Shown here piece by piece: positions 55,673 to 64,000 of a stretch of 64,000 nucleotides of DNA. The notes beneath the pieces are model-generated. The model saw only the letters and a list, made by a program, of their open reading frames with translations, searched no databases and was not told the origin of the DNA. Origin of the DNA: an uncultured Chitinophagaceae bacterium (GTDB lineage: Bacteria > Bacteroidota > Bacteroidia > Chitinophagales > LD1). Within the stretch, counting starts at the first letter, position 1; every line of letters begins with the position of its first letter. Made by a program: the position numbers and the translations under genes. Location of the stretch: NCBI GenBank assembly GCA_964537475.1, contig CAZIBY010000008.1:4200-68199 (forward strand), in the 5' to 3' direction.

Positions 55673-56053
55673 CTACTTGTCAAACCACACCGGCGTTTTA
55701 TCATCTGGGTCCTGGTTGTATGTCACTGTCAGCTCCTCACCGGCTGCTATGTCGCGCCGTGCTATGAAGTGTATCGTGCCATCGTCATAGTAGGTCTCAT
55801 AGATACAGTTAGGGTCATAGTCATGATTGTACAACGAGCCATAGCCGAGGCAGATAGCATACTGCTTATGAGCCTCGCCCCAGAGGAAGTAGTAGTTGTA
55901 CAGGAAAGATTGATCTATGAGCCCACTATCTTTCTCAGGTAGTATGAGTACAGGTGCTATCTCTACCACTGTGCCTGCTTCTATAGGCTCAGAGGTGTAG
56001 ACTCCTTTACCCTTGCCGGGGCTGTCTGCTATGTATAGGCTACCCAGCAGCAT
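55673..56053 (-). CDS. SET domain protein (putative protein-lysine methyltransferase)
   Basis: YNHDYDPN (NHxCxPN-like) and AGEELTVTYN (ELxxxY). 126 aa. Confidence 0.7.
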   Translation of the reverse strand: MLLGSLYIADSPGKGKGVYTSEPIEAGTVVEIAPVLILPEKDSGLIDQSFLYNYYFLWGEAHKQYAICLGYGSLYNHDYDPNCIYETYYDDGTIHFIARRDIAAGEELTVTYNQDPDDKTPVWFDK

Positions 56054-56472
56054 CAGCTCCAGTCAGATTTATCCATGCGTCGGGAGGCTTTCTTTTCAGA
56101 GGTTTTGCGCTTGGTAGCTTTGATCTGTTCTTTCACAGCCTTAGGCATTTTGGTAGGCTTACGCTTCTTGGGTTTGATGAGGGCTTTCTCCAGCGTGTCA
56201 TATAGTTTCTCTAGTGCTGCCTCCTTATTAGCAGCCTGCGAGCGGGACTCGCTGCTGGAGACTTTCAGGTAGCCATCTTCATTTATCTTAGTAGAGAGCT
56301 TTTCCGAAATAGCAGCCTTCTCCTCATCAGAAAGCAGCTGTGAGTTCATAACATGGAATGCCAGCTCTATCTTCGTTGCCACTTTGTTCACATTCTGTCC
56401 TCCGGGGCCGCTGCTCCGTGCTGCAGTGAAACTGCACTCGCGCTCCAGGCCTCTCTCTCTGATGGGTGTCAT
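56053..56472 (-). CDS. arfB: alternative ribosome-rescue factor ArfB (peptidyl-tRNA hydrolase, GGQ)
   Basis: SSGPGGQNVNKV GGQ motif and a Lys/Arg-rich C-terminal tail. The Met at 56472 is preferred. Confidence 0.85.
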   Translation of the reverse strand: MTPIRERGLERECSFTAARSSGPGGQNVNKVATKIELAFHVMNSQLLSDEEKAAISEKLSTKINEDGYLKVSSSESRSQAANKEAALEKLYDTLEKALIKPKKRKPTKMPKAVKEQIKATKRKTSEKKASRRMDKSDWS

Positions 56473-56545
56473 GCCGTCAAAGGTAGGATAAATAAAAACG
56501 GCTATCAACAATGATAGCCGTTTCTGAAATGATATCTGGGTATGT

Positions 56546-59176
56546 TTAGAATGGTAGCTTGATACCCTTGGTCGCGTCTTTTAGTTTTTGAGCAGCGTCC
56601 TTGGCCGCCTTGTCTGCAGCATCTTGTGCTTGTTTCTTGGCCTGGTCTGCAGCCTTTTTAGCTGCGTCTTCGGCTTGTTGCTTGGCCTGGTTGGCTACGT
56701 CTTTTACTGCATCCTTCACCGCACCGCCTACTGAGCCACCTATACCTGCTACATTGCCTACACTCACGGTCGGCTTGCTCACTGTGCCGCCTACCTTGAG
56801 CGTCACATTGATCTTGTCAGGCATCTTGAATGGTACGCCCGGTATCTGCGGTATCTTGCTGATCAGGCCACCTGTAGCCTGATTGAGTTCAGATGTAGGA
56901 ATGTCAGCCTTCAGGTCATAGGCTATTGTTTCATCAAAGCCATTCGATCCGGAAATATTGATATTATAGCCATTGCCAAACTTGATATCAAAAGGCTCTA
57001 CATCTACCCGGCCATCGTGAAATTTGATAATAGTCCAAGCATTGTTGATCGCGAGGTTATCCAGCGACTTCACCTTCGTAGCTTCGGCTATCTTTTGCAG
57101 GATAGGGAGGTTTACTACACGGGCAGATGGTATCGAAACCTTGCCACTACCATTCAGGCTATTGTAGTCTACACTCATATCTTCTTTCAGCGCGCCGGTA
57201 CCGCTCAGGTCAGAGCCAAATGATCCCTGTATATACTTCATCACAGGTGCCATCTTGGCGGCCATGTCTACAGCGGTATATGTCTGTGTGATGTCAAAGT
57301 TCTTGATATTGTAGCTGAAGGTGACCCTAGGATGGTTGGTACCCTTGGTATCATACAGCGCACTGATGATCGCCGAGCCGCCGAGCAGTTTGGCAGACAG
57401 CTCCTGCAGGTGTATGGACTCGTCATAGATATGTACGTTGCCCGTCACATTAGAGAGAACCAGCTTGTCATACAGTATCTTGCCAAACTGAGATCTCGCT
57501 GTAAAGTCAATGCCCTTTGGCACATCAAAGTATTGCTTGCCGCCGGCAGGAGTGCTCGTAGTATTCTTTGGATCTGCAGGGCTATTCTGCGCTGTAGTGG
57601 TAGTAGCGTCATCCTTTACCAGCCATTCATTGGCGTCAAACTGATTAGACTTCAGCGTCACCACACCGACCAGATTGCCCTTATTAAACATATACCCGAT
57701 CAGGTTATCCATAGAGCCCTGCGCATTGATGTCGCTCTTGCCCAGTACGGCACTCAGGTTATCCAGAGATACCTTCTGTGGATTGAAGGTCAGGCCCAGG
57801 TCAGATACTTTCACCGGCATAGGAGTAGACTTAGAGTCATATACCATGTTAGTCACTTTCACCTTGCCGCTGGCCTGTATGGCGGTGTAGTTTTTCTTTT
57901 GCACATCACTCATCCGGCCCTTAAAGTTCAGGTTGGCCACGAGCAGCCCAGTGAGCTGCTTCAGTCCCTCCATTGGGTATAGCTTAGGCACGCTGGATAG
58001 GTCCAGCCTGCCATTGATCTTTGCTGCTACGTTGGGGTCAGATACGGGCGTGCTCACGTGGATAGATGCATCTATAGGATCGCTGGCTATAGCCAGATGC
58101 AGCGCAGGCACGTCTATCACCGTGAGGTCAGCAGAGCCCTGAGGTTTATTGATATTGGCAGATACATTGATATCTGTCACAGCAGAGGGCAGGGACGGAT
58201 ACTGGAACATTGCATTCTTCACCTGTAGGTTCAGCTTGATGCCCGGCAGGGTAGTGGAGTCATACGAGCCTTTCACTGCGCCATCCAGCGCCAGCGTACC
58301 CGAGGTTTTTATTTTGTCAAAGTCTTTCTTGAAAATGGCAGGTACCAGCGAAAGGATACTCTTGAAGTCAGCCTGTTTTGACTTGAAGGTCACATCCATG
58401 CCGATGTCTTTTTTATTCATCTGCACAAAGCCATCAAAAAACAGCCCCAGGTCATTCAGGTCTATTTCATTTTGCTTGAAGCTATACTTGGAGTTCTTCT
58501 GGTCTACGTCTATATCATTTTTAGCAGACAGTTTGGCGCTGCTCAGGTATGATACCGCACCGCTCTTGAAGGTCAGTGATGCGATCTCTGTTTCTGTCTT
58601 GAGTTTGTACAGGTCCTGTGTCACATCGCCACTGCCCTGGAAATCCAGGTCACCGATAGATAGATAGGTGCCGCCCTTCTGATCATCATAGACTATGTAG
58701 GCGTTCTCTATTTTGTAGGTATTGATCTCCAGTGCAAAGACCGAATTGCTGCCGCCGGTCTTTTCTGATGCCGTGGTAGGCTTCATGATATCCCAGTTGG
58801 CTTTACCCGCTTTGGTCACGAGTGCATGTACTTTGGGGCTGCCTACTATGATCTCTTTGATCTTATACTTCTTGCCCTGTATCACAGACATTACATCTAT
58901 CACCACGCGAAAGTCCTGCACGGAGAGCAGTGTGTCCTTGGCAAAATCATTGACTCCGGCTACAGACAGACTCTTCATCCCAAAACTCAGGTTAGGGAAG
59001 GAGCGGATCAGAGAGAGGTCATAGTCTGCATAATTTACTTTGGCATTGACCTGTTTATTGATCTCCGTTTTGATAGCGGCATTGATCTGGTCTTTAAACA
59101 GATAAGGGATAGCGATCAGTGCTGCTACGAAAAGTACGAGAAACACACCTACGCCTATCAGGATCTTCTTGAGCAT
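56546..59176 (-). CDS. AsmA family outer-membrane biogenesis protein
   Basis: N-terminal TM anchor, a long beta-rich body, and AsmA-like organisation. It has an unusual Lys/Ala/Gln/Asp-rich C-terminal tail. Confidence 0.7.
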   Translation of the reverse strand: MLKKILIGVGVFLVLFVAALIAIPYLFKDQINAAIKTEINKQVNAKVNYADYDLSLIRSFPNLSFGMKSLSVAGVNDFAKDTLLSVQDFRVVIDVMSVIQGKKYKIKEIIVGSPKVHALVTKAGKANWDIMKPTTASEKTGGSNSVFALEINTYKIENAYIVYDDQKGGTYLSIGDLDFQGSGDVTQDLYKLKTETEIASLTFKSGAVSYLSSAKLSAKNDIDVDQKNSKYSFKQNEIDLNDLGLFFDGFVQMNKKDIGMDVTFKSKQADFKSILSLVPAIFKKDFDKIKTSGTLALDGAVKGSYDSTTLPGIKLNLQVKNAMFQYPSLPSAVTDINVSANINKPQGSADLTVIDVPALHLAIASDPIDASIHVSTPVSDPNVAAKINGRLDLSSVPKLYPMEGLKQLTGLLVANLNFKGRMSDVQKKNYTAIQASGKVKVTNMVYDSKSTPMPVKVSDLGLTFNPQKVSLDNLSAVLGKSDINAQGSMDNLIGYMFNKGNLVGVVTLKSNQFDANEWLVKDDATTTTAQNSPADPKNTTSTPAGGKQYFDVPKGIDFTARSQFGKILYDKLVLSNVTGNVHIYDESIHLQELSAKLLGGSAIISALYDTKGTNHPRVTFSYNIKNFDITQTYTAVDMAAKMAPVMKYIQGSFGSDLSGTGALKEDMSVDYNSLNGSGKVSIPSARVVNLPILQKIAEATKVKSLDNLAINNAWTIIKFHDGRVDVEPFDIKFGNGYNINISGSNGFDETIAYDLKADIPTSELNQATGGLISKIPQIPGVPFKMPDKINVTLKVGGTVSKPTVSVGNVAGIGGSVGGAVKDAVKDVANQAKQQAEDAAKKAADQAKKQAQDAADKAAKDAAQKLKDATKGIKLPF

Positions 59177-59263
59177 GTGGGTTGATTTTTAAAGGCTTGA
59201 GTCAATAATTGTACCAATTTAAACCTTTTATCAGAAAGGATAATGTGAACTCGGTATAAACGC

Positions 59264-59292
59264 AAAAAGGGACGACCTGAGCCGTCCCTTTT
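59264..59292 (-). terminator. bidirectional-looking intrinsic terminator after CDS 59315..59791
   Basis: gggacg / cgtccc stem flanked by an A-run and a T-run. Confidence 0.6.
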
Positions 59293-59314
59293 GTTGGTAT
59301 TATTTCGATTGTAG

Positions 59315-59791
59315 TTAGCCGACCACTTTCTTGATCTTGGCTATATCATTAGGGTCCAGTTTGGCTCCATCTACATCTACTGTGGCTATGATACTGTACT
59401 CAGACTTTTCTCCATCCAGAAAGGCGCCTACCTTGCCGAGGCCTCCCATCACACCGCCGGACTCTTTCATGCGGTCATTCTCCGAGCGCAGAAACTGGAA
59501 GGGCAGGTCAAAGGTCTTGGTCACGACCTCACCTTCTTTGATGTCAAAGCCCTGATCAAACTTGACTTTGCCGAGGGTAAATTCCTTGCTGGTCTTGTTG
59601 TCACCGGTGCCGGTGGTCCAGGTTTCCTCCAGTTTAAATTCGATGCTCTTGATGCGTTGGTCGCTCTTGCCGGTGATGGTCAGTGAGCCTGACACCATAG
59701 TATCAGATGTTTTGAAAGTAGGTGGTACTGACAGCTTCACAGATACGGTGCCGATGCCTAGGAATTGTTTGATCTTTTTGATAAAGGACAT
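59315..59791 (-). CDS. SpoOM-like (arrestin-fold) protein
   Basis: MSFIKKIKQFLGIGTVSVKLSVP... N-terminus and length resemble the sporulation-control SpoOM family. Confidence 0.6.
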   Translation of the reverse strand: MSFIKKIKQFLGIGTVSVKLSVPPTFKTSDTMVSGSLTITGKSDQRIKSIEFKLEETWTTGTGDNKTSKEFTLGKVKFDQGFDIKEGEVVTKTFDLPFQFLRSENDRMKESGGVMGGLGKVGAFLDGEKSEYSIIATVDVDGAKLDPNDIAKIKKVVG

Positions 59792-59910
59792 GTTGTTTTG
59801 ATTTAGGATGTTGAGTAAAAATTGACATGGCAATGATACACTACACCCAAAAACAAGGCCATTCAAATTTTGATCAAAAATCGGAACTCTGATGGGAGGA
59901 TACTACCGGA

Positions 59911-60570
59911 TCAATAGTCATTCTTAGGCAGTTCCGGTGGTGCCTTTTTCTTGAAGTCGCCGTTTTTCAGCGCTCTTATAAACTCCGCCCAGGCGAGAGG
60001 ATTGAAGATATTCTGCGGTGCCTGCTGGTGGTAGTAGTAGGCCTGCTGTGCCCTGATCTGCATATACCGCTGAGCCGCCTCGCCACCATCTATAGGTAGC
60101 TTTTCGCCCAGTGCACTGAGCAGGCTGGCATTGGTGTTTTCCATAGCGCGCTCGTCAAGGTCTTTTGGCGGGCGGGCATCTACAAATGCCTGATGGAAAT
60201 TGCTCCTCGCTCCCCAATAGTATACAGTCACGGTAGGTCCTATGATAGAGCCTCTCCGCATGAGTATAATGGTGGATATCTTATTGTCTTCTACATTGCT
60301 AGGTACTATATACGTAGCCGGCTCGTAGCCCAATGAGGTAAAATAAAGCGTATCTCCTTCATTCACAGCGAAGGAAAAGAAACCATCTACACGGGCCACA
60401 CCACCACGGTTACTACCTCGCAGGCCTATGTGGGCAAACGGAATACCCGTCATAGAGTCCTGAGACATGGCAAAGCCCGAAAACTGCACCACGGGACGCT
60501 CCTTCTTTTGCGCAAAGGCCATGACAGGTAAAAGGAGGATCAGGAGGGCTATGTAGGGGATACTTTTCAC
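59911..60570 (-). CDS. carboxypeptidase-regulatory-like domain protein
   Basis: Signal peptide, then VVQFSGFAMSQDSMTGIPFAHI...DTLYFTSLGYE, a CarboxypepD_reg pattern. Confidence 0.6.
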   Translation of the reverse strand: MKSIPYIALLILLLPVMAFAQKKERPVVQFSGFAMSQDSMTGIPFAHIGLRGSNRGGVARVDGFFSFAVNEGDTLYFTSLGYEPATYIVPSNVEDNKISTIILMRRGSIIGPTVTVYYWGARSNFHQAFVDARPPKDLDERAMENTNASLLSALGEKLPIDGGEAAQRYMQIRAQQAYYYHQQAPQNIFNPLAWAEFIRALKNGDFKKKAPPELPKNDY

Positions 60571-60798
60571 AATATGAATCTATAACAAAGGTACGAATCT
60601 ATTTACTTATTCATGGCAAATGGAGTGCCGCTTTATGGCTTTCGCAAGATTTAACAGCGTCAGGCCGTTATTATTGTGTCGCGCAGAGGCGTTGATTTTC
60701 GTGTCCGTCATTTCCACTCACAGCTGTGGACAAACAATAAGGCAGATGACCGTAAAAAATTGGCAAAGCCCTGCTATTCCAGTACGTTTGAGCTGCAT

Positions 60799-61644
60799 AT
60801 GAAGAGTACATCCGCTTATTTCTATTCCATTTTTGCTACCACACTGGTGCTCGTGGTGATGGGGGTAGTGATCTCGATGGCAGTCGAGGCGCGCCGCATA
60901 TCTGTGGCGCTCAAAGAGAACCTGATCGTCGAGCTGGTGCTGGACGATGAGACATCCCAAGACACAGTAGCCGTACTGGCTCAGGACCTCGAGCGTGAGG
61001 CCTTTGTCAAAAAGATCGTTTTTGTCTCTAAGGATTCCGCTGCCAACTCACTAAAAAAAGAACTGGGGGATAATTACCTCGATATACTCGGCTACAATCC
61101 GCTCTATCCGTCCTTTCGCATCAATCTCAAAGAGCAGTGGGCAAATCCTGCGAGCTCTGACCGCATACAGCGTGAGCTGGCAGCCCTGCCTGATGTCAAG
61201 GAGGTACATATACAGAAGACTGTGCTCAGTGAGCTGGACAAGACCATGCGCAACTTCACCTTTATAGGACTGGTCATCGGGGCGCTTTTCCTCGCCTTTG
61301 CCGTGTCGCTGATCTTCAGCTCCGTGAAGCTCGATATCTTCTCCCGCCGCCAGGTGGTGCGCAGTATGCAGCTATTCGGCGCTACGCGGTGGTTCATCAT
61401 CCGGCCGTACCTGGGGCGCAGTATACTGAATGGCCTGATCAGCGGAGTGCTGGCTGCACTGGTGGTCTACGCCATCGGCTACTACCTGCATTATGAGTTC
61501 TCAGACCTTGTATTGACCACAGATTTGGTTATTTTCGCCATGCTATCGGGTGTACTGGCGCTGTCAGGTGTACTGATCACTATGGTCAGCACTGTGATAG
61601 CACTGACCCGATACCTCAATTATAAACTAGACGATCTGTATTAA
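60799..61644 (+). CDS. ftsX: cell division protein FtsX-like permease
   Basis: Four TM helices with a large first periplasmic loop and FtsX-like C-terminal half. Synteny with DUF3098 and uppP. The start is uncertain (60676 to 60799). Confidence 0.7.
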   Translation: MKSTSAYFYSIFATTLVLVVMGVVISMAVEARRISVALKENLIVELVLDDETSQDTVAVLAQDLEREAFVKKIVFVSKDSAANSLKKELGDNYLDILGYNPLYPSFRINLKEQWANPASSDRIQRELAALPDVKEVHIQKTVLSELDKTMRNFTFIGLVIGALFLAFAVSLIFSSVKLDIFSRRQVVRSMQLFGATRWFIIRPYLGRSILNGLISGVLAALVVYAIGYYLHYEFSDLVLTTDLVIFAMLSGVLALSGVLITMVSTVIALTRYLNYKLDDLY

Positions 61645-61653
61645 TATCGTATC

Positions 61654-61977
61654 ATGGCTACGACAAAACCGCAAATAAAGACCAAGGCACCGGTCGCATC
61701 TCCTGCAGCCGCTCCGGCGGCCAAACCAAAGAAACCGGCCAGCGACCTGCCGTTCCTTTTTGATAAGACCAACTATATGATCATGGCTGCCGGTGTGGCA
61801 GTGATCATCGTGGGCTTCCTGCTCATGACGGGTGCGGCCAATGATAATCCTTCTGTATTCAATGCAGATGAGATCTACAGCTTCCGTCGTGTCACACTGG
61901 CGCCGGTGGTGGTCATGATCGGATTTCTGGTAGAGGTATATGCTATCCTGAAAAGACCTGCCGCCGCTCAAGCATGA
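61654..61977 (+). CDS. DUF3098-like small membrane protein
   Basis: 107 aa with an Ala/Pro/Lys-rich N-terminus and two TM helices. It occupies the conserved position between ftsX and uppP in Bacteroidota. Confidence 0.6.
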   Translation: MATTKPQIKTKAPVASPAAAPAAKPKKPASDLPFLFDKTNYMIMAAGVAVIIVGFLLMTGAANDNPSVFNADEIYSFRRVTLAPVVVMIGFLVEVYAILKRPAAAQA

Positions 61978-62837
61978 CCACACTCGAATCAGTGATACTG
62001 GGCATCGTGGAGGGGCTCACTGAGTATCTGCCTATATCCAGTACCGGCCATATGATCATAGCTCAGGCACTCCTGCACATAGAGGGGTCTAAGTTTCTCA
62101 GTATCTACCTGGTCAATATCCAGTTTGGGGCGATCCTTGCCGTGGTAGTACTATACCTGCGCCGCTTCCTCAATTTCAGGGCACCTTCATTTTACTTTAA
62201 GCTGGCTGTAGCATTCATACCTGCCGTGGTCATAGGCCTGGCGGTCAAGAATGTGATAGAGGAACTGCAGAAGCATGTAGAAGTGGTCGCTGCCTCATTG
62301 ATACTGGGCGGTATCGCGCTGATAGCGGCAGACTATATTTTCAAAGACCAGATACACGATAAGGAAGAGCTGCATACCAAGGCGGAAGATGAAGAGGCTA
62401 CGCCTCAGGATCCTGACCGATCCGGCATCCGGCTGAACTATATGCAGTCCTTGCTGGTGGGTTTTGCGCAGACACTGGGCATGATACCCGGCGTGTCGCG
62501 CTCTGCGGCTACGATCATAGCCGGCCTCTCTCAGCGGCTGACCATGCGCGAGGCAGCGGAGTTCTCATTCTTCCTCGGCGTGCCGACCATCACCGCTGCT
62601 GCGGTGTACAAGACCATGAAGGACTTTCGCCACATACATGGCGATCAGGTCTCGCTGCTGGTCATAGGCAATATTGTCTCATTCATCGTGGCGATGATAG
62701 CTGTCAAATACTTTGTGGACTTTATCTCCAAGCACGGCATGAAGTTCTTTGGCTACTATCGTATAGCCCTGGGAGTCTTGCTGCTCCTGTTGCCTTACGT
62801 TTTCCATATTTCCCTCCAGATCAAAGAAGCTCAGTAA
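61974..62837 (+). CDS. uppP: undecaprenyl-diphosphate phosphatase
   Basis: EGLTEYLPISSTGH and PGVSRSAATI motifs. Confidence 0.92.
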   Translation: MTTLESVILGIVEGLTEYLPISSTGHMIIAQALLHIEGSKFLSIYLVNIQFGAILAVVVLYLRRFLNFRAPSFYFKLAVAFIPAVVIGLAVKNVIEELQKHVEVVAASLILGGIALIAADYIFKDQIHDKEELHTKAEDEEATPQDPDRSGIRLNYMQSLLVGFAQTLGMIPGVSRSAATIIAGLSQRLTMREAAEFSFFLGVPTITAAAVYKTMKDFRHIHGDQVSLLVIGNIVSFIVAMIAVKYFVDFISKHGMKFFGYYRIALGVLLLLLPYVFHISLQIKEAQ

Positions 62838-63520
62838 TGGACTTTGCCGCAGGCACGGTACTACTCGTCAATAAGCCACTGAAGTGGACCTCCTTTGATG
62901 TAGTCAATAAAATACGTGGTGCGCTGAAGCGCAAGTATGGCTCTAAGATCAAGGTGGGCCATGCCGGTACGCTGGATCCGCTGGCTACAGGCCTGCTTAT
63001 CATTTGTACGGGCAAATTTACTAAGCAGATAGATAGCTACCAGGCGCAGGAAAAGGAGTATACCGGTACGCTGCTGCTGGGTGCCACCACACCCACGCTG
63101 GATGCCGAGATGGAGCCGGATAAGCTATACCCTACGGCGCATATCACGCCAGATATGGTGCTGACTGCCGCTGCCACATTTATAGGAGAGATAGAGCAGA
63201 TGCCACCGGCATTCTCGGCGCTGAAAGTGAACGGACAGACTGCCTACAGCGCAGCGCGCAAAGGCATAGGGCTCGAGCTCAAACCACGCACCGTGACCAT
63301 CAAGGAGTTTGAGATCACGCATATGGAGCTGCCCGAGGTCTCGTTTCGCGTGGTCTGCAGCAAGGGTACGTATATCCGCTCACTGGCGCGCGATCTGGGC
63401 CATGCACTGGATAGCGGGGCCTATCTGACCGGCCTTTGCCGCACGCGCATAGGTGAGTTTCGGCTGAACGAAGCCTGGGAGGTGCCCGCGCTCAGAGAGT
63501 ATATAGATAACCAGCAGTAG
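62837..63520 (+). CDS. truB: tRNA pseudouridine(55) synthase
   Basis: GHAGTLDPLATGLL catalytic Asp motif. QMPPAFSALKV. Confidence 0.93.
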   Translation: MDFAAGTVLLVNKPLKWTSFDVVNKIRGALKRKYGSKIKVGHAGTLDPLATGLLIICTGKFTKQIDSYQAQEKEYTGTLLLGATTPTLDAEMEPDKLYPTAHITPDMVLTAAATFIGEIEQMPPAFSALKVNGQTAYSAARKGIGLELKPRTVTIKEFEITHMELPEVSFRVVCSKGTYIRSLARDLGHALDSGAYLTGLCRTRIGEFRLNEAWEVPALREYIDNQQ

Positions 63521-63577
63521 CTATATATCTATGGCGCAGGATTGTATTGCCATCGCCAAACGTATTACATTTGCACC

Positions 63578-64000
63578 ATGCGTGTTTTCAGAGACCTCCA
63601 TCACCTGCCGGACTTCCGGCGCGCAGTTATTACCATAGGTACTTTTGACGGGGTGCACAAGGGGCACCAGAAGCTCATACAGCGTATCCGCGATGTAGCG
63701 CAGCAGATAGGAGGGGAGAGCATCATCATCACCTTTCATCCTCATCCGCGCCTGGTGATCAATCCAGACGATCGCAGCCTGCGCCTGCTCAATACGGTGG
63801 AGGAAAAGATACAACTGCTGGAGCGCTGTGGAGTAGATAATGTGGTCGTAGTGCCCTTTTCGCGGGACTTCTCCGAGCAGACGGCTGAGGAATACATCAG
63901 TGACTTTCTGGTGCGCAACTTTCATCCGGCGCATATCGTGATAGGCTATGATCACCGCTTTGGGCGCAATAGGGCGGGCGACTTTGCCCTGCTGGAGAAA
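63578..64000 (+). CDS. ribF: bifunctional riboflavin kinase / FAD synthetase (5' partial; runs off the window)
   Basis: Hand translation MRVFRDLHHLPDFRRAVITIGTFDGVHKGHQKLI...IGYDHRFGRNRAGDF. It is not in the ORF track because there is no stop inside the window. Confidence 0.85.
   Translation, partial: MRVFRDLHHLPDFRRAVITIGTFDGVHKGHQKLIQRIRDVAQQIGGESIIITFHPHPRLVINPDDRSLRLLNTVEEKIQLLERCGVDNVVVVPFSRDFSEQTAEEYISDFLVRNFHPAHIVIGYDHRFGRNRAGDFALLEK

Noticed and set aside
63521-63955. A 144-aa minus-strand ORF at the right edge of the window.
   Set aside because: It is antisense to the clear ribF 5' region (ITIGTFDGVHKGHQ motif), which the ORF track omits only because that gene has no stop codon inside the window.

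Overview
This window looks like a mostly housekeeping chromosomal segment from a Bacteroidota genome. Supporting signs are T9SS C-terminal sorting domains, a PorP/SprF gene, a fused lpxC-fabZ gene, ftsX-DUF3098-uppP-truB-ribF synteny and TAnnTTTG-type promoter boxes. I call about 66 protein genes. They include phoH, purC, a carbamoyltransferase/DUF5989/SxtJ triad, a CBS-domain PLP enzyme, a TonB receptor locus, hmgA, a short aryl-polyene/flexirubin-like KS-ACP-acyltransferase-thioesterase-KS-halogenase block and a T9SS type-B adhesin/PorP/OmpA module. Also present are panB, etfBA, mutS, lpxA, three T9SS cargo genes, trxA and arfB-SET. I saw no rRNA, tRNA, CRISPR array, transposase or integrase. 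The most unusual signal is structural. Two diverged GxxExxY (PD-(D/E)XK-like) genes are each enclosed by their own long inverted repeat built from 8-9 nt stutter units. Both sit co-directionally in operon spacers (phoH/purC, and KS/halogenase). Gene-less spacers of the same style, built from heptad stutters, lie between etfB and etfA, between lpxC-fabZ and lpxA, and upstream of trmH. Other leads are two tandem promoter-plus-hairpin modules upstream of the CBS gene, a 4-copy 17-nt motif array upstream of an FAD oxidoreductase, an unlisted 49-aa ORF, translationally coupled arfB-SET genes and a histidine-kinase relic. All functional calls rest on motif recognition by eye; no searches were run.
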